Shown here piece by piece: positions 12,927 to 24,225 of a DNA stretch of 64,000 nt (the stretch's first letter is position 1; every line of letters begins with the position of its first letter). Origin of the DNA: Monocercomonoides exilis PA203 (lineage: Eukaryota > Protista > Preaxostyla); the NCBI GenBank assembly GCA_001643675.2, contig LSRY02000014.1:1674001-1738000 (forward strand), in the 5' to 3' direction. Under the pieces are notes generated by a model. It ran no database searches, was not told the origin of the DNA, and saw only the letters and a program-made list of their open reading frames with translations. The translations under genes and the position numbers were made by a program.

Positions 12927-15900
12927 TCAAACTTCATTTGTTGCTGAAATGTTTTCTGACCCAACAATATCGCTCCCTTCATCTCCGCTCTCGTCTTCCA
13001 CATCAATTGCATCTGATGCTGTTATGATCACCCCACCAGCTGGAAACTTCTGAATGAATATCCTTTTCATCTCAACCAGGGAAGGGCGGTTGAATGGTTG
13101 GGGAGAAAACGCATGATGCACCATTTCTGTGAATGATGTTCCCATTTCTCTTTCCAAGCTTGGCCTCTCCCCTTTCGATATCTTATCTCCTGCCACCTCT
13201 GCCTCATACTCCCCAAATGGGATATCCAGTGTCAGACACTCCCACACCATCATCCCAATCGAGAATGCCACTGACTCCTTTGTTGCTCCCATCTTCTTGT
13301 TCATCTGCAGCTCGGGTGCCTTCCACCTCAGACACTCCTTCCTGTTGTCTTCACAATCCTCAAACGCTGATGAGGGTGGTGGTGAGTCGGTGAATCTCTC
13401 GCTCATCACTGAAACATTTGACGAGGATGAAGAAACCATGGACATCGAAGATATGGATGATGAATCGGAATCATCTGAAGATGAGCAGTCGGAGTGGAGG
13501 GCAATGCAGATCACCATGTGCTCTGAGAACAGCACAATGTGAGGACTGAGGTTGGCCAGCGAAGGCAATTCTTTTTCTTCATCAAATGAATGAAGTGCTC
13601 CATTCGCCACCCAGAACAGAATCTGTGCAGCTGTCTGTTCCCTCTCCTTCAAACTCCCAATCGCCATCTCCTTCTTCTCATTCCTCCCATGAAGCAGCAT
13701 GAACAGTGAATCCCTCAAATCCACAATCAGCTTCTCATGTGGCGATGAGCAGGCCATTGCATCCACCAGATTCGACATCGATGAGGTGGTGGGACACAGA
13801 CTCTCTGCTCGAACAAAAGTGGAATCTGAATCAGTTGTTGAAGCGGTTGAAGTGGATGAGATGGAGGGTGATGGAGTTCTCTTCCTTGTTTCCTCTTCTT
13901 TTTCATCAACCTTCTCCAATGCCCATTCTGGGATCTTGTCTGAGTCTCTCCCCAGGATGTATTCAGTGGAGCCACTCTCAGATAGAAGATGCTCTGATGA
14001 CTCCGAATGTTCCATATTCCTCTCATACACCCTCTTCTTTATCCTCTCATCGTTCTTCTTCTCTGCCTCTCTCTCTGCTCTCCTCCACTGCTCCTCAGGC
14101 GACATCTCCATCGTCACCATCTCAAATGCCTTCGGATCCTTTCTGATGTTGTCATTCACAATCTCTCTCAGATCTTCTGCTTCATTCTTTACCTTCTTCC
14201 ACCGAACAATAAATGCAACTGCAATGATGAGAATAATCAAAAGAAGAACAACAAGCGCAATCACAATCAACAACCAATAAGATTTTCCTTCTTTTCCTCC
14301 TTCAACAATTCTGTCATCTCCCTTTCCTTGGGTTTCGCTTCTGTTCTTCAGGATGAAAGAATCAGTCGATGAAGGAGATTCTTTCTTTCCAAACAGAACA
14401 CTCACACTCACTTCTGTCTCTTCTCCTGCATTGTTTATTGTTTCAATGGGGACTTTTCCATCCACTTCATTTTCTGATACACATCCTTCATTATTGAATT
14501 CATATCTTTCCACAACATCTTCATCACCAACTTGTTTCACAATCTTGAACGATATGTTGCATGGAAGCAACAGCTTTCCTTTGAATTTCAGTAGAAGTTC
14601 TGCTCCCATCTCTTCCTTTGTTTCCACACTTTCCAACACAGGAATGAAGAAGGATGACAATCTCTCGGTAACAATCCCGCTCAATTTACATCCTTCGTTC
14701 AATATCCAAAGAGATGTACTTGGCAAAACTCCATCTCCTCCTTTCAGACTCATCACGTTCAACACTCCTGAATCTGAGCAGAGAATGTTCATCCTGGCTG
14801 ATGGATATCCTTCAATCGATGGATTATTGTTCGTAAATTCTCCTTTCTCAATCTCCACACTTCCTCCATTCATTGTTATTCCCCCTTCAGGAGAATTCGA
14901 GATTGTTGTCTCTTTCATCAAAACAGAACTCTTCACAACATCCACAACAGATCCATCCCATCTGCACATCTCTTCTTCTTTTGCATTCAAACATTTCACA
15001 TTTTTTTCATATGAACTTCCATCAAAAATGCAACAATCCATTTTCATATCCAAACAATTCTCAAATTTCATCAATTTCCCTTTTGTGGTCTTTGATCTCA
15101 CTCCACCCATTGTGAAATTTGTCAATTGAATTGTCTTTTTCATTGATAAGCACGATATCAATGATTCTTCATTTCCTTCAACTGAGATATTTTCTGTTTT
15201 GAAATCCTTGATTGTTAATTGACCACATTCATTTATATCCAATAGAGATTTTGAAATTGTTGAATTGCTAATCGTTAATGAATCAATTACTGATGGAAGT
15301 TGAGATGAAAGATACAATGTGGATTTTTGAAGAATGAGATTTGATATTGAACATTCCATAAGTTGTTGTTCTCCTTTTTCTATGTTTATAATGTGAAATG
15401 GAATGTTTGCTAATGCCTCATTTCCTTCTTCTGCTGATTGTTTTGTTGTGAATGAGCAATTCACAATTTCAAGAATTCCTCCTTCTGGTGAGATCAGTGA
15501 TTCATGTGAAGAAATGAAATTTGAATCAAACACAAAATTCACTCTCAACAATGAGACTGCTCCAGTTGTTGTTACCAATCCATCCTTTGTTTTTTTTATA
15601 CTTGATTTCACTTCAACTTTGCACATCTCCCTGCTCTTTGAACACAAGCTCATTTCCTCCAGATTCATCTCTTCCTCAATTAAACTCCCTTCTATCACGA
15701 GTATTTGACTAATCAGCTCTGAAGTCAGATGAGTCATTCCATGATTAATTGAGTTACAAGGAAGAATGTTCGTTCCACATTGCCTCTCATCCGATCCATT
15801 CACACTGCTCACAATGATTGTGTCGCTCTGATGAATCGTCACAAATCCAATCAGATCTGTATCACTTTGATAATCACATTCATCTCTTCCATATATCGCA

Positions 15901-18900
15901 TTCATCCGGGTGTAACGGCCTTCTCGAAGATCAAATCGAAATTGGCTTTCATTGATTTGTGAGGTGATGTTATAACATTCGATGAAAATGTCATTCCCCA
16001 CTCTTGCTGTATTTGAACTGAACTTCATCCCCACAAATGTGAAATTCAAATCTCCTCTTTCCTTTGTTGCCAGATAAACTCCTCCTCCTCTTCCTGAACT
16101 GTAACTGCAGCTACAATGGCTGATTGTTGAGTCAATCACCTGCATTGATCCAGATGCACCCAACGTGAAGAATATTGCCCCTCCTTTTTCACTTGTTTCT
16201 GCCTTGTCTTCTGTGATGTTGCTCTCCTTGACATCCAAATCTATCTTTTTCTCACTTTTTGACTCAAAAATGCTTGGCCCATTATCACTTCTCTTCACTC
16301 CTGAAAATGATGAATTATCAATTTTGAGATTCATTTCCTCTCCTCCTTCATTTATCTTCAATCCTGGTTCAGTTCCCTTGATCGACAAAATGCAACCTCC
16401 ACTTTCATTCAACGACTCCACTCGAACATTTAAGAAATGGCAAGAAACTCCATAATCACGAATGACAAAAATACTGTTTCCAACATTGCACGACTCCATC
16501 GACAAATCATTCACTTCCACACTTCCTCCAATCACATCCAAAAATACACAATCAAATCCAATATTAGCTCCAGCCTCTGAATGAAATGAACATCCATATA
16601 TTATCAAATCTCCAGCTCTGTTCGAAATGATTGTTTTGGCTGAGTTGTCAAATCCAGACGTCAGTTGGAGATGGATATTTGTCAATTCAAGATGAATATC
16701 ATTTCCCATGAAATATTCCAGCTGACTTCCAATTGCCTTTTCAAAATTCAATATTGCTTTTGTCTCTTCTTCTCCCATTGAAGAATCCTTTTTGATCTGA
16801 TAATTGGACAAGTTGAATGAATCTCGAATGATAGTTGATTCTTCAATCTGAATTGTTTTCTTTCCATCTCCTTCTTTCATGTTTTTCATCCCTTTCCACA
16901 TCGAGAAACAAGGCTCTTCTTCACTTCCACATCTTACAACATCAAATCCCTCAAATGATACAAATATCTCAAAGGAGCTATATGGAACGAGGAACATGAA
17001 CAGATCTTTATTTGAATGATAGCTGTCACTCCCAACAAACAGAGTTTTATCATTAATCATTGATGAATAATCGAAATTGAATGATTCATTTGTCACAGAA
17101 GAATTAAAATCCTTTCCCATAATGAACATGTTCTTTCCATATTCTGCATCATTTCCATCAAATACAAGAGTATCAATCAATTCAAACTTTGCATCTGCAT
17201 CCACCAATGAAAGAAAAATCCCTCCTCCTTTCCCTTCACTTCCACTCGTTGATGAGGCGCAACACTTTTCAAATCTTGCTGATGACACATGCAGCTCAGA
17301 GGGATTCTTCAATGAAACCAATAGTCCTCCCCCTCCTTTTCCATTCTCACTCACCTCGCATGAGATGAATGAGCTGTTCTCAATTCTGATTGTGCATTTG
17401 CTCCTATCTTCATTTGAATCAACACAAACGCATCCACCATCTCCTTTCACTCTCGTGATGTTCTCAAATGATGTGTTCTTCAACGTGATTGATGAACAAT
17501 TCTCAACCTTAATTACTCCACAACTCGGCATATCACAATTTGTTATCGAACAATTCTGGATTGTGGCTGAGCTGCTTGTGGCAATCTCTATCAGCCCATT
17601 CACTCCATTTGATGTTGTTTTGTTGATAATCACCTCATCCATCATGCATTCACAACTTCCATTCACAACAATCACACTTTTCACAAATCTCACTTCTCTA
17701 ACACTCCCTCCACATCTCATCCGAATAATCTCCACTTTCCCTTCACTTGCACTCACAAACACATAATTCACTGAATCCACTTCACTTCCCATCTTTATCC
17801 CGCAATCAGCAAATTTCAATATCCCTCTTGTCGAATGGACAAATGATGATCGATCCCCAATAGATCCTCCCAATTCAAACAATATCCCTGTGATCGTTGA
17901 TGAAACATTGTTCATCACCAACGCTTCTTGTGTTTTTGTTCCTGTTCCTCCAACAATTATCCCAGAATTTTTTTCACTTGAATCAATCTCATATGACTGT
18001 TCAACAAACTGAACTTCTTCATCAAATGAAAATGTGCTTGCCAGTCTGATCACTCTCTTTGAACTCGGAAACTGAACTTCTCCAACATTCCCAATTCCTC
18101 TGCATGGGTAATCTTCATATCCACACAGCCTGAATTCACTTCCTTGTTCTCTCCCACTCACATATGCTGGTGATGAAAATGTTCGAAGAAACACAACAAG
18201 TGGAACAATCAGTTCTTCCTTGTTTCTTTCTCTTCCACAAAGTTCATCAAACTTTGCAATGTTAATTCCAATTTCTGGATTGAATCCAATTGAAGTGCTG
18301 TTGACAACAGCCGACAAGTCCTGTGCTTCTACAAATAGACTCTTCCCTCTCAATGTTGCAGCACAACTCTCAAAGTTCACTGATGTTATCTCAAACTTGC
18401 ATGAGTCATCCACCAAACATAACATCACCCCTCCTCCAAGCCCGCTGCAACTGCATTGACTGAATGTTGTTGTCCCTCCATTGCATGATGATGACGTTCC
18501 AATAAGAACCTTGCTCGTTGCTTCTTCCAACTCAATTTTTATTCCCCCTCCATTCCCATTCAGACACTCACAGTTCGCCATTGTAGTGTTCCACACCACA
18601 AATGTCTCTCCTGCTTTCACACTCTTCGCCACCACTGCTCCATCTCCTATTGCTCGATGGACATTCTGTATTTTCACATTTGCCAGAATGCTCTCTCTAG
18701 ATGCAGATCCTGCTGATGAAGGCTCAGAAAAAAGAGCTTCAGATATTTTCATATCCCTGATCTCAATGTTGTCCATGGACAGTTGTGAGAGTGGCATCAC
18801 AAACAAAGATGAGGATATCACATGTTCTTCTTCTGAGACACTTGATGAGATAAGCACATCTTCCAGCATTAGTGATCCGCTCCCATCAGATACAACAAAC

Positions 18901-21116
18901 ACATTCGGAGATGAACTTCTTTTTGTGTTGTAGTCGATTCCCATATGCAACACCTCCAGTTGTCCACTTGTCACACTGAACAGTGTTGTCGAAGCCTCAG
19001 AAAGGGAATTTATTTCGATCACACTTTCTTCCCTTCCTTTTCCAATCAAACTGATTCGCTTTTCGCCAACGTTGATTGTTTCTTCTTCGCTCTGATGCTT
19101 CCCCTCAAAAACTGTGACTGTGGAATTCAATTGTTGATCACTTTTTTTGACTGCAAATCCAATTGTCTTGCATGTTGTTGACTCACTTGTTATGCACAAC
19201 TCATTCGAATCATCTCCATTCACATCCACAAACCGATTCTTCATCCCATCCTTTAACCATCCCTTTTTTTCAAAATGTTGAAATTCCCAATCGCTCGTTC
19301 CATATGAATAGCATATTCTATTATCATCTGTGTTTGTTGTGTATGATTCAAAGAAAGGATTGCATGAAAAAAACTCCTTTTTGTCATCAGAAAAGAAAAT
19401 ATCATGCCCGTATGGTGTGGAGTTTGTGCAAATGCAATTGTGAAAGAAAAAGAAATAAAAATAAATTCTGTCACTTGGATCACTTTCTTTTACCGGATAT
19501 AATCTTATTCCTCCTCCATGTGAAACAGCAGAGCAAGAAATAAAAAGGATGCTCCTCATATTAAACTCAGCAGGAACACCATAGCAATACATCCCTCCTC
19601 CATAAGATTTTGAAATTGAACAAAAAACTAATGAACATTCAAACATACACTCAACTTTGCTTTCTTCGTTTTTTTGCACTTTGAAGCTTTTTGTCTCATT
19701 ATCAAGAATGTCACTGAGACATAGACCCCCTCCATCATACTCAGCTTTTCCATTCAGAAATTCACACCTACTGATTTGGACATTTGATGATATAAACTGA
19801 ACAATTGCTCCTCCTCCTAAATAATTTTGAGCAATGCATCCATTGAAAGAACTGTTCACAATCTCAACAGATTTTATTTTATGGCAATGAATACCACCTC
19901 CACACCAATATGCAGTGCATCCATTGAACACACAATGAGAAACAGAAAGTTCTCCATTCTCTTGGTCATGCATGCAAATAGCACCGCCATTCGATGCTCC
20001 ATCGTCATACGATTCAACTGTCCCTGTAGCCTTCGATCCGTTCCATTCACACCAAAGAAAAGTGTTTTTCCCATTGTCAGTTGTGTTTTGTCTCCCTGGA
20101 CTCAACTTATTCTCCTTGTTTCCAATGTGTTCAACATTCCTTGTTCGACAACACCCAATGAAGGATGTGTTTGAGGCTGTCAAAGAGGTCAAGGGGTTGT
20201 TGATGGAGGGGACAATCCCTCCATCACATGCATCACAAACAGACATGAAAGTGCAGCTGCTCATCACACAAAAGGATTCACACAAGAGTTCATTCAAAGA
20301 TGAACATGTTAAAGGTGATGTTGAAATGTTGCAAAAGGACAGTTCGGAGAGTGAGGCAAATGGCACAAGGGGAGATGCCAGAAATGGGGCTGATGACACA
20401 CAAAAAGATGAGAAATGAGAGGAACAAATGGACACATGGCAATTTTCTGAATGATCCCCTTTGAATGGTTTTGAAGAGAACAGAGATGGGCATTTCTGCA
20501 AATGTGAATCCAAAGGGAATCGGAGAGATATGTTTGTGAATAGCCCACAGCCGCCATTCAAACAAAATGGAGGCTTTTCTCCCCTTATTTCTATCCCGCA
20601 TCTGCTCACTTCAACAAAACATCCACTCATGGCATTCAAGATACTATTGCAGTCATTTGGCATCAATCCCAGAGAATGGAGTTTTATTGAAGAATTCGCA
20701 ATCATGAAGCTTCCTTCAATCCAACTTTCATCTCCAAATCTTTGTCTTTTCCAGATTTTTAGTTCATCAGTCATGTTTGTTCCACAATCCACTTCATATG
20801 GACTGGATTCTCCAAATTTGAGTTTTTCATCATTCCCTACTTTTCCATCTCCATTCTTCGTTCTTTCGATTTTCTCTGAATGTCTCATCTCATCTTCTTT
20901 TCTTTCAACATCCGTTTCAAATGTGTTTCCATTGGCAAATATTCCCTTTTGAAACACATTCATCCACGTGCTTTCAAGATTATCTGCAATTTCTTCTTTC
21001 TTCAATTCCTCAATTTGACATGTTTCATCGCTTGAAGCATCATAACGCATGCATTGAAAATATATTATGCAAGCAAAACAGCATATTTTTGAAAGCATTG
21101 AAACCAGCACACACAA
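12927..21116 (-). CDS. Giant type-I membrane protein (2729 aa): signal peptide, GG-rich parallel beta-helix (PMP/pectin-lyase-like) ectodomain with 4 tandem modules, TM, C-terminal TKL-like pseudokinase
   Basis: Hydrophobic N-terminus; repeated GGAI/GGG and FxxN motifs; four G.D...C(G)....PC/TC module starts; TM YWLLIVIALVVLLLIILIIAVAFIV; tail LRWKAPE...SVAFSIGMMVWECLT...PF...GERP resembles kinase subdomains VIII-XI. Confidence 0.85.
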   Translation of the reverse strand: MCVLVSMLSKICCFACIIYFQCMRYDASSDETCQIEELKKEEIADNLESTWMNVFQKGIFANGNTFETDVERKEDEMRHSEKIERTKNGDGKVGNDEKLKFGESSPYEVDCGTNMTDELKIWKRQRFGDESWIEGSFMIANSSIKLHSLGLMPNDCNSILNAMSGCFVEVSRCGIEIRGEKPPFCLNGGCGLFTNISLRFPLDSHLQKCPSLFSSKPFKGDHSENCHVSICSSHFSSFCVSSAPFLASPLVPFASLSELSFCNISTSPLTCSSLNELLCESFCVMSSCTFMSVCDACDGGIVPSINNPLTSLTASNTSFIGCCRTRNVEHIGNKENKLSPGRQNTTDNGKNTFLWCEWNGSKATGTVESYDDGASNGGAICMHDQENGELSVSHCVFNGCTAYWCGGGIHCHKIKSVEIVNSSFNGCIAQNYLGGGAIVQFISSNVQISRCEFLNGKAEYDGGGLCLSDILDNETKSFKVQKNEESKVECMFECSLVFCSISKSYGGGMYCYGVPAEFNMRSILFISCSAVSHGGGIRLYPVKESDPSDRIYFYFFFFHNCICTNSTPYGHDIFFSDDKKEFFSCNPFFESYTTNTDDNRICYSYGTSDWEFQHFEKKGWLKDGMKNRFVDVNGDDSNELCITSESTTCKTIGFAVKKSDQQLNSTVTVFEGKHQSEEETINVGEKRISLIGKGREESVIEINSLSEASTTLFSVTSGQLEVLHMGIDYNTKRSSSPNVFVVSDGSGSLMLEDVLISSSVSEEEHVISSSLFVMPLSQLSMDNIEIRDMKISEALFSEPSSAGSASRESILANVKIQNVHRAIGDGAVVAKSVKAGETFVVWNTTMANCECLNGNGGGIKIELEEATSKVLIGTSSSCNGGTTTFSQCSCSGLGGGVMLCLVDDSCKFEITSVNFESCAATLRGKSLFVEAQDLSAVVNSTSIGFNPEIGINIAKFDELCGRERNKEELIVPLVVFLRTFSSPAYVSGREQGSEFRLCGYEDYPCRGIGNVGEVQFPSSKRVIRLASTFSFDEEVQFVEQSYEIDSSEKNSGIIVGGTGTKTQEALVMNNVSSTITGILFELGGSIGDRSSFVHSTRGILKFADCGIKMGSEVDSVNYVFVSASEGKVEIIRMRCGGSVREVRFVKSVIVVNGSCECMMDEVIINKTTSNGVNGLIEIATSSSATIQNCSITNCDMPSCGVIKVENCSSITLKNTSFENITRVKGDGGCVCVDSNEDRSKCTIRIENSSFISCEVSENGKGGGGLLVSLKNPSELHVSSARFEKCCASSTSGSEGKGGGIFLSLVDADAKFELIDTLVFDGNDAEYGKNMFIMGKDFNSSVTNESFNFDYSSMINDKTLFVGSDSYHSNKDLFMFLVPYSSFEIFVSFEGFDVVRCGSEEEPCFSMWKGMKNMKEGDGKKTIQIEESTIIRDSFNLSNYQIKKDSSMGEEETKAILNFEKAIGSQLEYFMGNDIHLELTNIHLQLTSGFDNSAKTIISNRAGDLIIYGCSFHSEAGANIGFDCVFLDVIGGSVEVNDLSMESCNVGNSIFVIRDYGVSCHFLNVRVESLNESGGCILSIKGTEPGLKINEGGEEMNLKIDNSSFSGVKRSDNGPSIFESKSEKKIDLDVKESNITEDKAETSEKGGAIFFTLGASGSMQVIDSTISHCSCSYSSGRGGGVYLATKERGDLNFTFVGMKFSSNTARVGNDIFIECYNITSQINESQFRFDLREGRYTRMNAIYGRDECDYQSDTDLIGFVTIHQSDTIIVSSVNGSDERQCGTNILPCNSINHGMTHLTSELISQILVIEGSLIEEEMNLEEMSLCSKSREMCKVEVKSSIKKTKDGLVTTTGAVSLLRVNFVFDSNFISSHESLISPEGGILEIVNCSFTTKQSAEEGNEALANIPFHIINIEKGEQQLMECSISNLILQKSTLYLSSQLPSVIDSLTISNSTISKSLLDINECGQLTIKDFKTENISVEGNEESLISCLSMKKTIQLTNFTMGGVRSKTTKGKLMKFENCLDMKMDCCIFDGSSYEKNVKCLNAKEEEMCRWDGSVVDVVKSSVLMKETTISNSPEGGITMNGGSVEIEKGEFTNNNPSIEGYPSARMNILCSDSGVLNVMSLKGGDGVLPSTSLWILNEGCKLSGIVTERLSSFFIPVLESVETKEEMGAELLLKFKGKLLLPCNISFKIVKQVGDEDVVERYEFNNEGCVSENEVDGKVPIETINNAGEETEVSVSVLFGKKESPSSTDSFILKNRSETQGKGDDRIVEGGKEGKSYWLLIVIALVVLLLIILIIAVAFIVRWKKVKNEAEDLREIVNDNIRKDPKAFEMVTMEMSPEEQWRRAEREAEKKNDERIKKRVYERNMEHSESSEHLLSESGSTEYILGRDSDKIPEWALEKVDEKEEETRKRTPSPSISSTSTASTTDSDSTFVRAESLCPTTSSMSNLVDAMACSSPHEKLIVDLRDSLFMLLHGRNEKKEMAIGSLKEREQTAAQILFWVANGALHSFDEEKELPSLANLSPHIVLFSEHMVICIALHSDCSSSDDSDSSSISSMSMVSSSSSNVSVMSERFTDSPPPSSAFEDCEDNRKECLRWKAPELQMNKKMGATKESVAFSIGMMVWECLTLDIPFGEYEAEVAGDKISKGERPSLEREMGTSFTEMVHHAFSPQPFNRPSLVEMKRIFIQKFPAGGVIITASDAIDVEDESGDEGSDIVGSENISATNEV

Positions 21117-22194
21117 GGAATGTCCTTTTCTTTTTTTTCCTGATTTCTTATTTTTTATTATGGGAGAAAAATCAAAAAAATGAAAAAATGGTTCTTTGAA
21201 TAGAAAAAATTCAATGAATAACTATTTCAATCAAACGTTTTGACTATTTGAAAATGAAAGATCTTAAATATAATACCAATAGGAAAACCAGTTTCTTTTG
21301 ATGCCTTGATATTTCAGCCATCACGGAGAATACAACACACACTCAACACAGTTGTGAGAACTATTTTTTTGAAGTGTCTTTTAGAGATGTTGCATTACAA
21401 TCAGAAGCATCATCCGGATTGGAGAAGTTAAAAGAAACATTCTTATTTTATCGAAAAGATGAAGTTTGAATTTCAAAAATTTGATGATAATTCAGCAGTT
21501 TTATTTGTTTTGTGATAATTCAACCTTTTATTTTTTATTCATATCAAACATCAGGAACTGTGGAGATATTTTAAAAGTTTTGATAATTTATTCTTGCTTT
21601 GGCAAAATAAAACATTCTCAACCAAAGGAATGGGATGCATGGAAGAAGTTAATAGAAGCCTTTATTGCTGGATTTTTTATTGATAATTTGGATGAATTTT
21701 GTGTGTTGTGGAGAGAAAGAGATTCAGTTTCTGTCAAAGGAAAGTTTCAATTTGGGAAAAAGAGCCAAGATTATTTTTTATGGAGAAGGCAACGAAGCTA
21801 TCATAAGGGATGAAAGTTGTGATGGGTGTGCAATTTGTTCTGTTTTATATGAATGTTATTCATGAAAAACGAAATTGTTTATTTTTTGTTGTGTTTCAGA
21901 ATGGCAATTTTGCATTGATTTTGATCTTTTCATTCTCATGAAACAAAGCATTTGAAGTTACATGGCTTCTGCAAGATATCTTTTGATTCTGGAAGACTTC
22001 TTTTGGAAGATGGCTTTGAGGGAAAGAAAAACTGAAGAACTGAGGATATTTGAGGAAGAAAAGAGATTTCGAAGGATATTGGATATTGAAACAGAATCAG
22101 ATAGAAATCTATTTTTGCTGGTGGAATTTTGAGAATTGCAACGAGATACAAAGACAGTTTGGGATGAGAATGAAATTGAAGAGAAGAGGAACAA

Positions 22195-23660
22195 TCAACA
22201 TTGACCGCGATGATGAATACGAAAGGAAGAAGGCAGCAGATGACAATCGGACTGGAACAAGAGCCATTGAAAGAAGCTCATTGGACTTGATGTATTTTTG
22301 TATGAATTTTTGGGAATTGATTGAAAAGAGGGGGATAGGAAAGGAAAATGAGAAGCAAAAGAAGAGATCAGGCATTTGCGAATTTTCAAACTTACTGATA
22401 TTCCAAGGATGCGATGGGATCGAAAGGTGGAATTATTTGTCTGCAAAGCTATTTCTTCATCGACATCATCATCATCTTCTTCTTCCAAAGCAACAGAATC
22501 ATCTACAAACAAAACTGCTTATCTTTTGTTTATCTTCTGCAAATGCAAGCACTTGTCTGGGAGCTTGAAAGCGAGTCAAGCCATTCTTCTAGCAACTGAT
22601 CTGCGGGTCAGGAAAAAAAAACAGGGAGAATGAATGGAAGAATTATCCCCTACAACATCTCTGTCACATGCTCAAACACATTCATCAGCAGATAAATTGG
22701 ATATATTTGCCTTCTTCGATTCTTTCGTTTTCTTCCTTTCAATTTCTATTCTTCTTCTTCGAAAGCTTCTTCATCTCAACTGCTGTTTCATCTGCAGCAG
22801 CTATCGACTGCATAAGCTTCAGATCCACGTGAGCGTTTGCCAGCAACAATATCATCAGCATATTCTTCTGGGAATTCATATGCGAATCAAACCACCAAAA
22901 ATTCGTGGAAATTTTCTTCTTCTTCTTCTTCTTCTCCTCCTCCTCCTCCGTGTTTTTCTTCTTCTTCTTCCTTCTCCTTATCTCAACACAGCCTTCTCCA
23001 TCGCCTTCCTCTGCCTTTTCCAGCTCTTCCAGCGCTGCCAGCACAATCGCTGCTGGTGACAGAACAACGTCTTCAATTTTCAATCCCACCTTCTCCATCG
23101 TTTTCTCATCAGCTTTTTTTTCACACAAGATTCTGCAATCCCTCGCCCAATCGCCTCGTCGTCTATTTTCGTTATAAAACGCCTCGGCTGTGGTGATAAA
23201 AACTCCGTCAACAATATCGCAGACAGAAGCAGCGAAGGGACAAACAGATTATAACTTCCGAGAACGCATTCACATTCACTGCCGAAAAGATACTTAGTGT
23301 CAAGTTTCAATCCCACCGACGCTACAAGCGACAAAATCTACATCACCAGCAGAACCGAAATCATCGCGGAAAGCTCCACATAGCAGGCACACACAACACC
23401 CCCATACAGCACCGCCCGCCGCGCCACAACATATCCCCGCAGCGTCTGCAGCGACAGCGACATGTGCCGCCCATACACCCCAGCCGCCTCTGGCACCACA
23501 ATCTGCAGCCACCTCTCGACATCATCCATCGCTCCTGTCGAAGTGTATGACGCAGCCACCACCGATGCATCCGAAGGGTCAATCGCAAGCTCTGATAATG
23601 ATGTTTGCTCATATGCAACCTACTTCTTTTCTTCGCTTCTTCACACCTGGAATGAAGCAA
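22195..23660 (-). pseudogene. Fragmented GC-richer coding-like remnant of unknown family
   Basis: Chain of short overlapping ORFs in different frames (23338..23562, 23080..23334, 22739..23128, 22195..22512) with composition unlike the flanks. No recognisable domain. Confidence 0.35.
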
Positions 23661-24225
23661 ATAAATATTATTTTAATCGAAACAAAACACTAATATTAAA
23701 TAATTTATGAAAGAAATATGGTTATTTTCAATACAAAAATGACTTCCAATGATGATAAAGGCACTCCTATATGAGAAGTAGTAGCTTTTTTTTTTAAAAA
23801 AAAAATCAATTAAAATACATCTTCGTATGTTAACTTTGTCCAAAAAAATCTCAATAATTTTGGCAAAACAAGAGTGAATTGAGTTTTTCATTTTTTTCCC
23901 CCAAAGTGTGGAACAGCTAAAAAATTTGGAGAAAAAAAGGTACCCTTCAAACAGTGGTTGATACATAATGGAACTAATCCACAATGAATAAATCAAAACA
24001 TCAGCGCCTCAAATACTGAAGATAAGAATTTGCGAAAAAAATAAAACAAAATAAAAAAATTAAAAAATGAAACCGGAAAAATATTTCTCATCCAAAAAGT
24101 TTTTCAACATCATAAGCAATAAATCAAAATATAAATTTGAAGATTATCAAAATAATAAAAAACTTTTTTCAAATTAAAAATGATACACATAATTTTTCTT
24201 TTTTGATAATAAATCTGATACTCAG

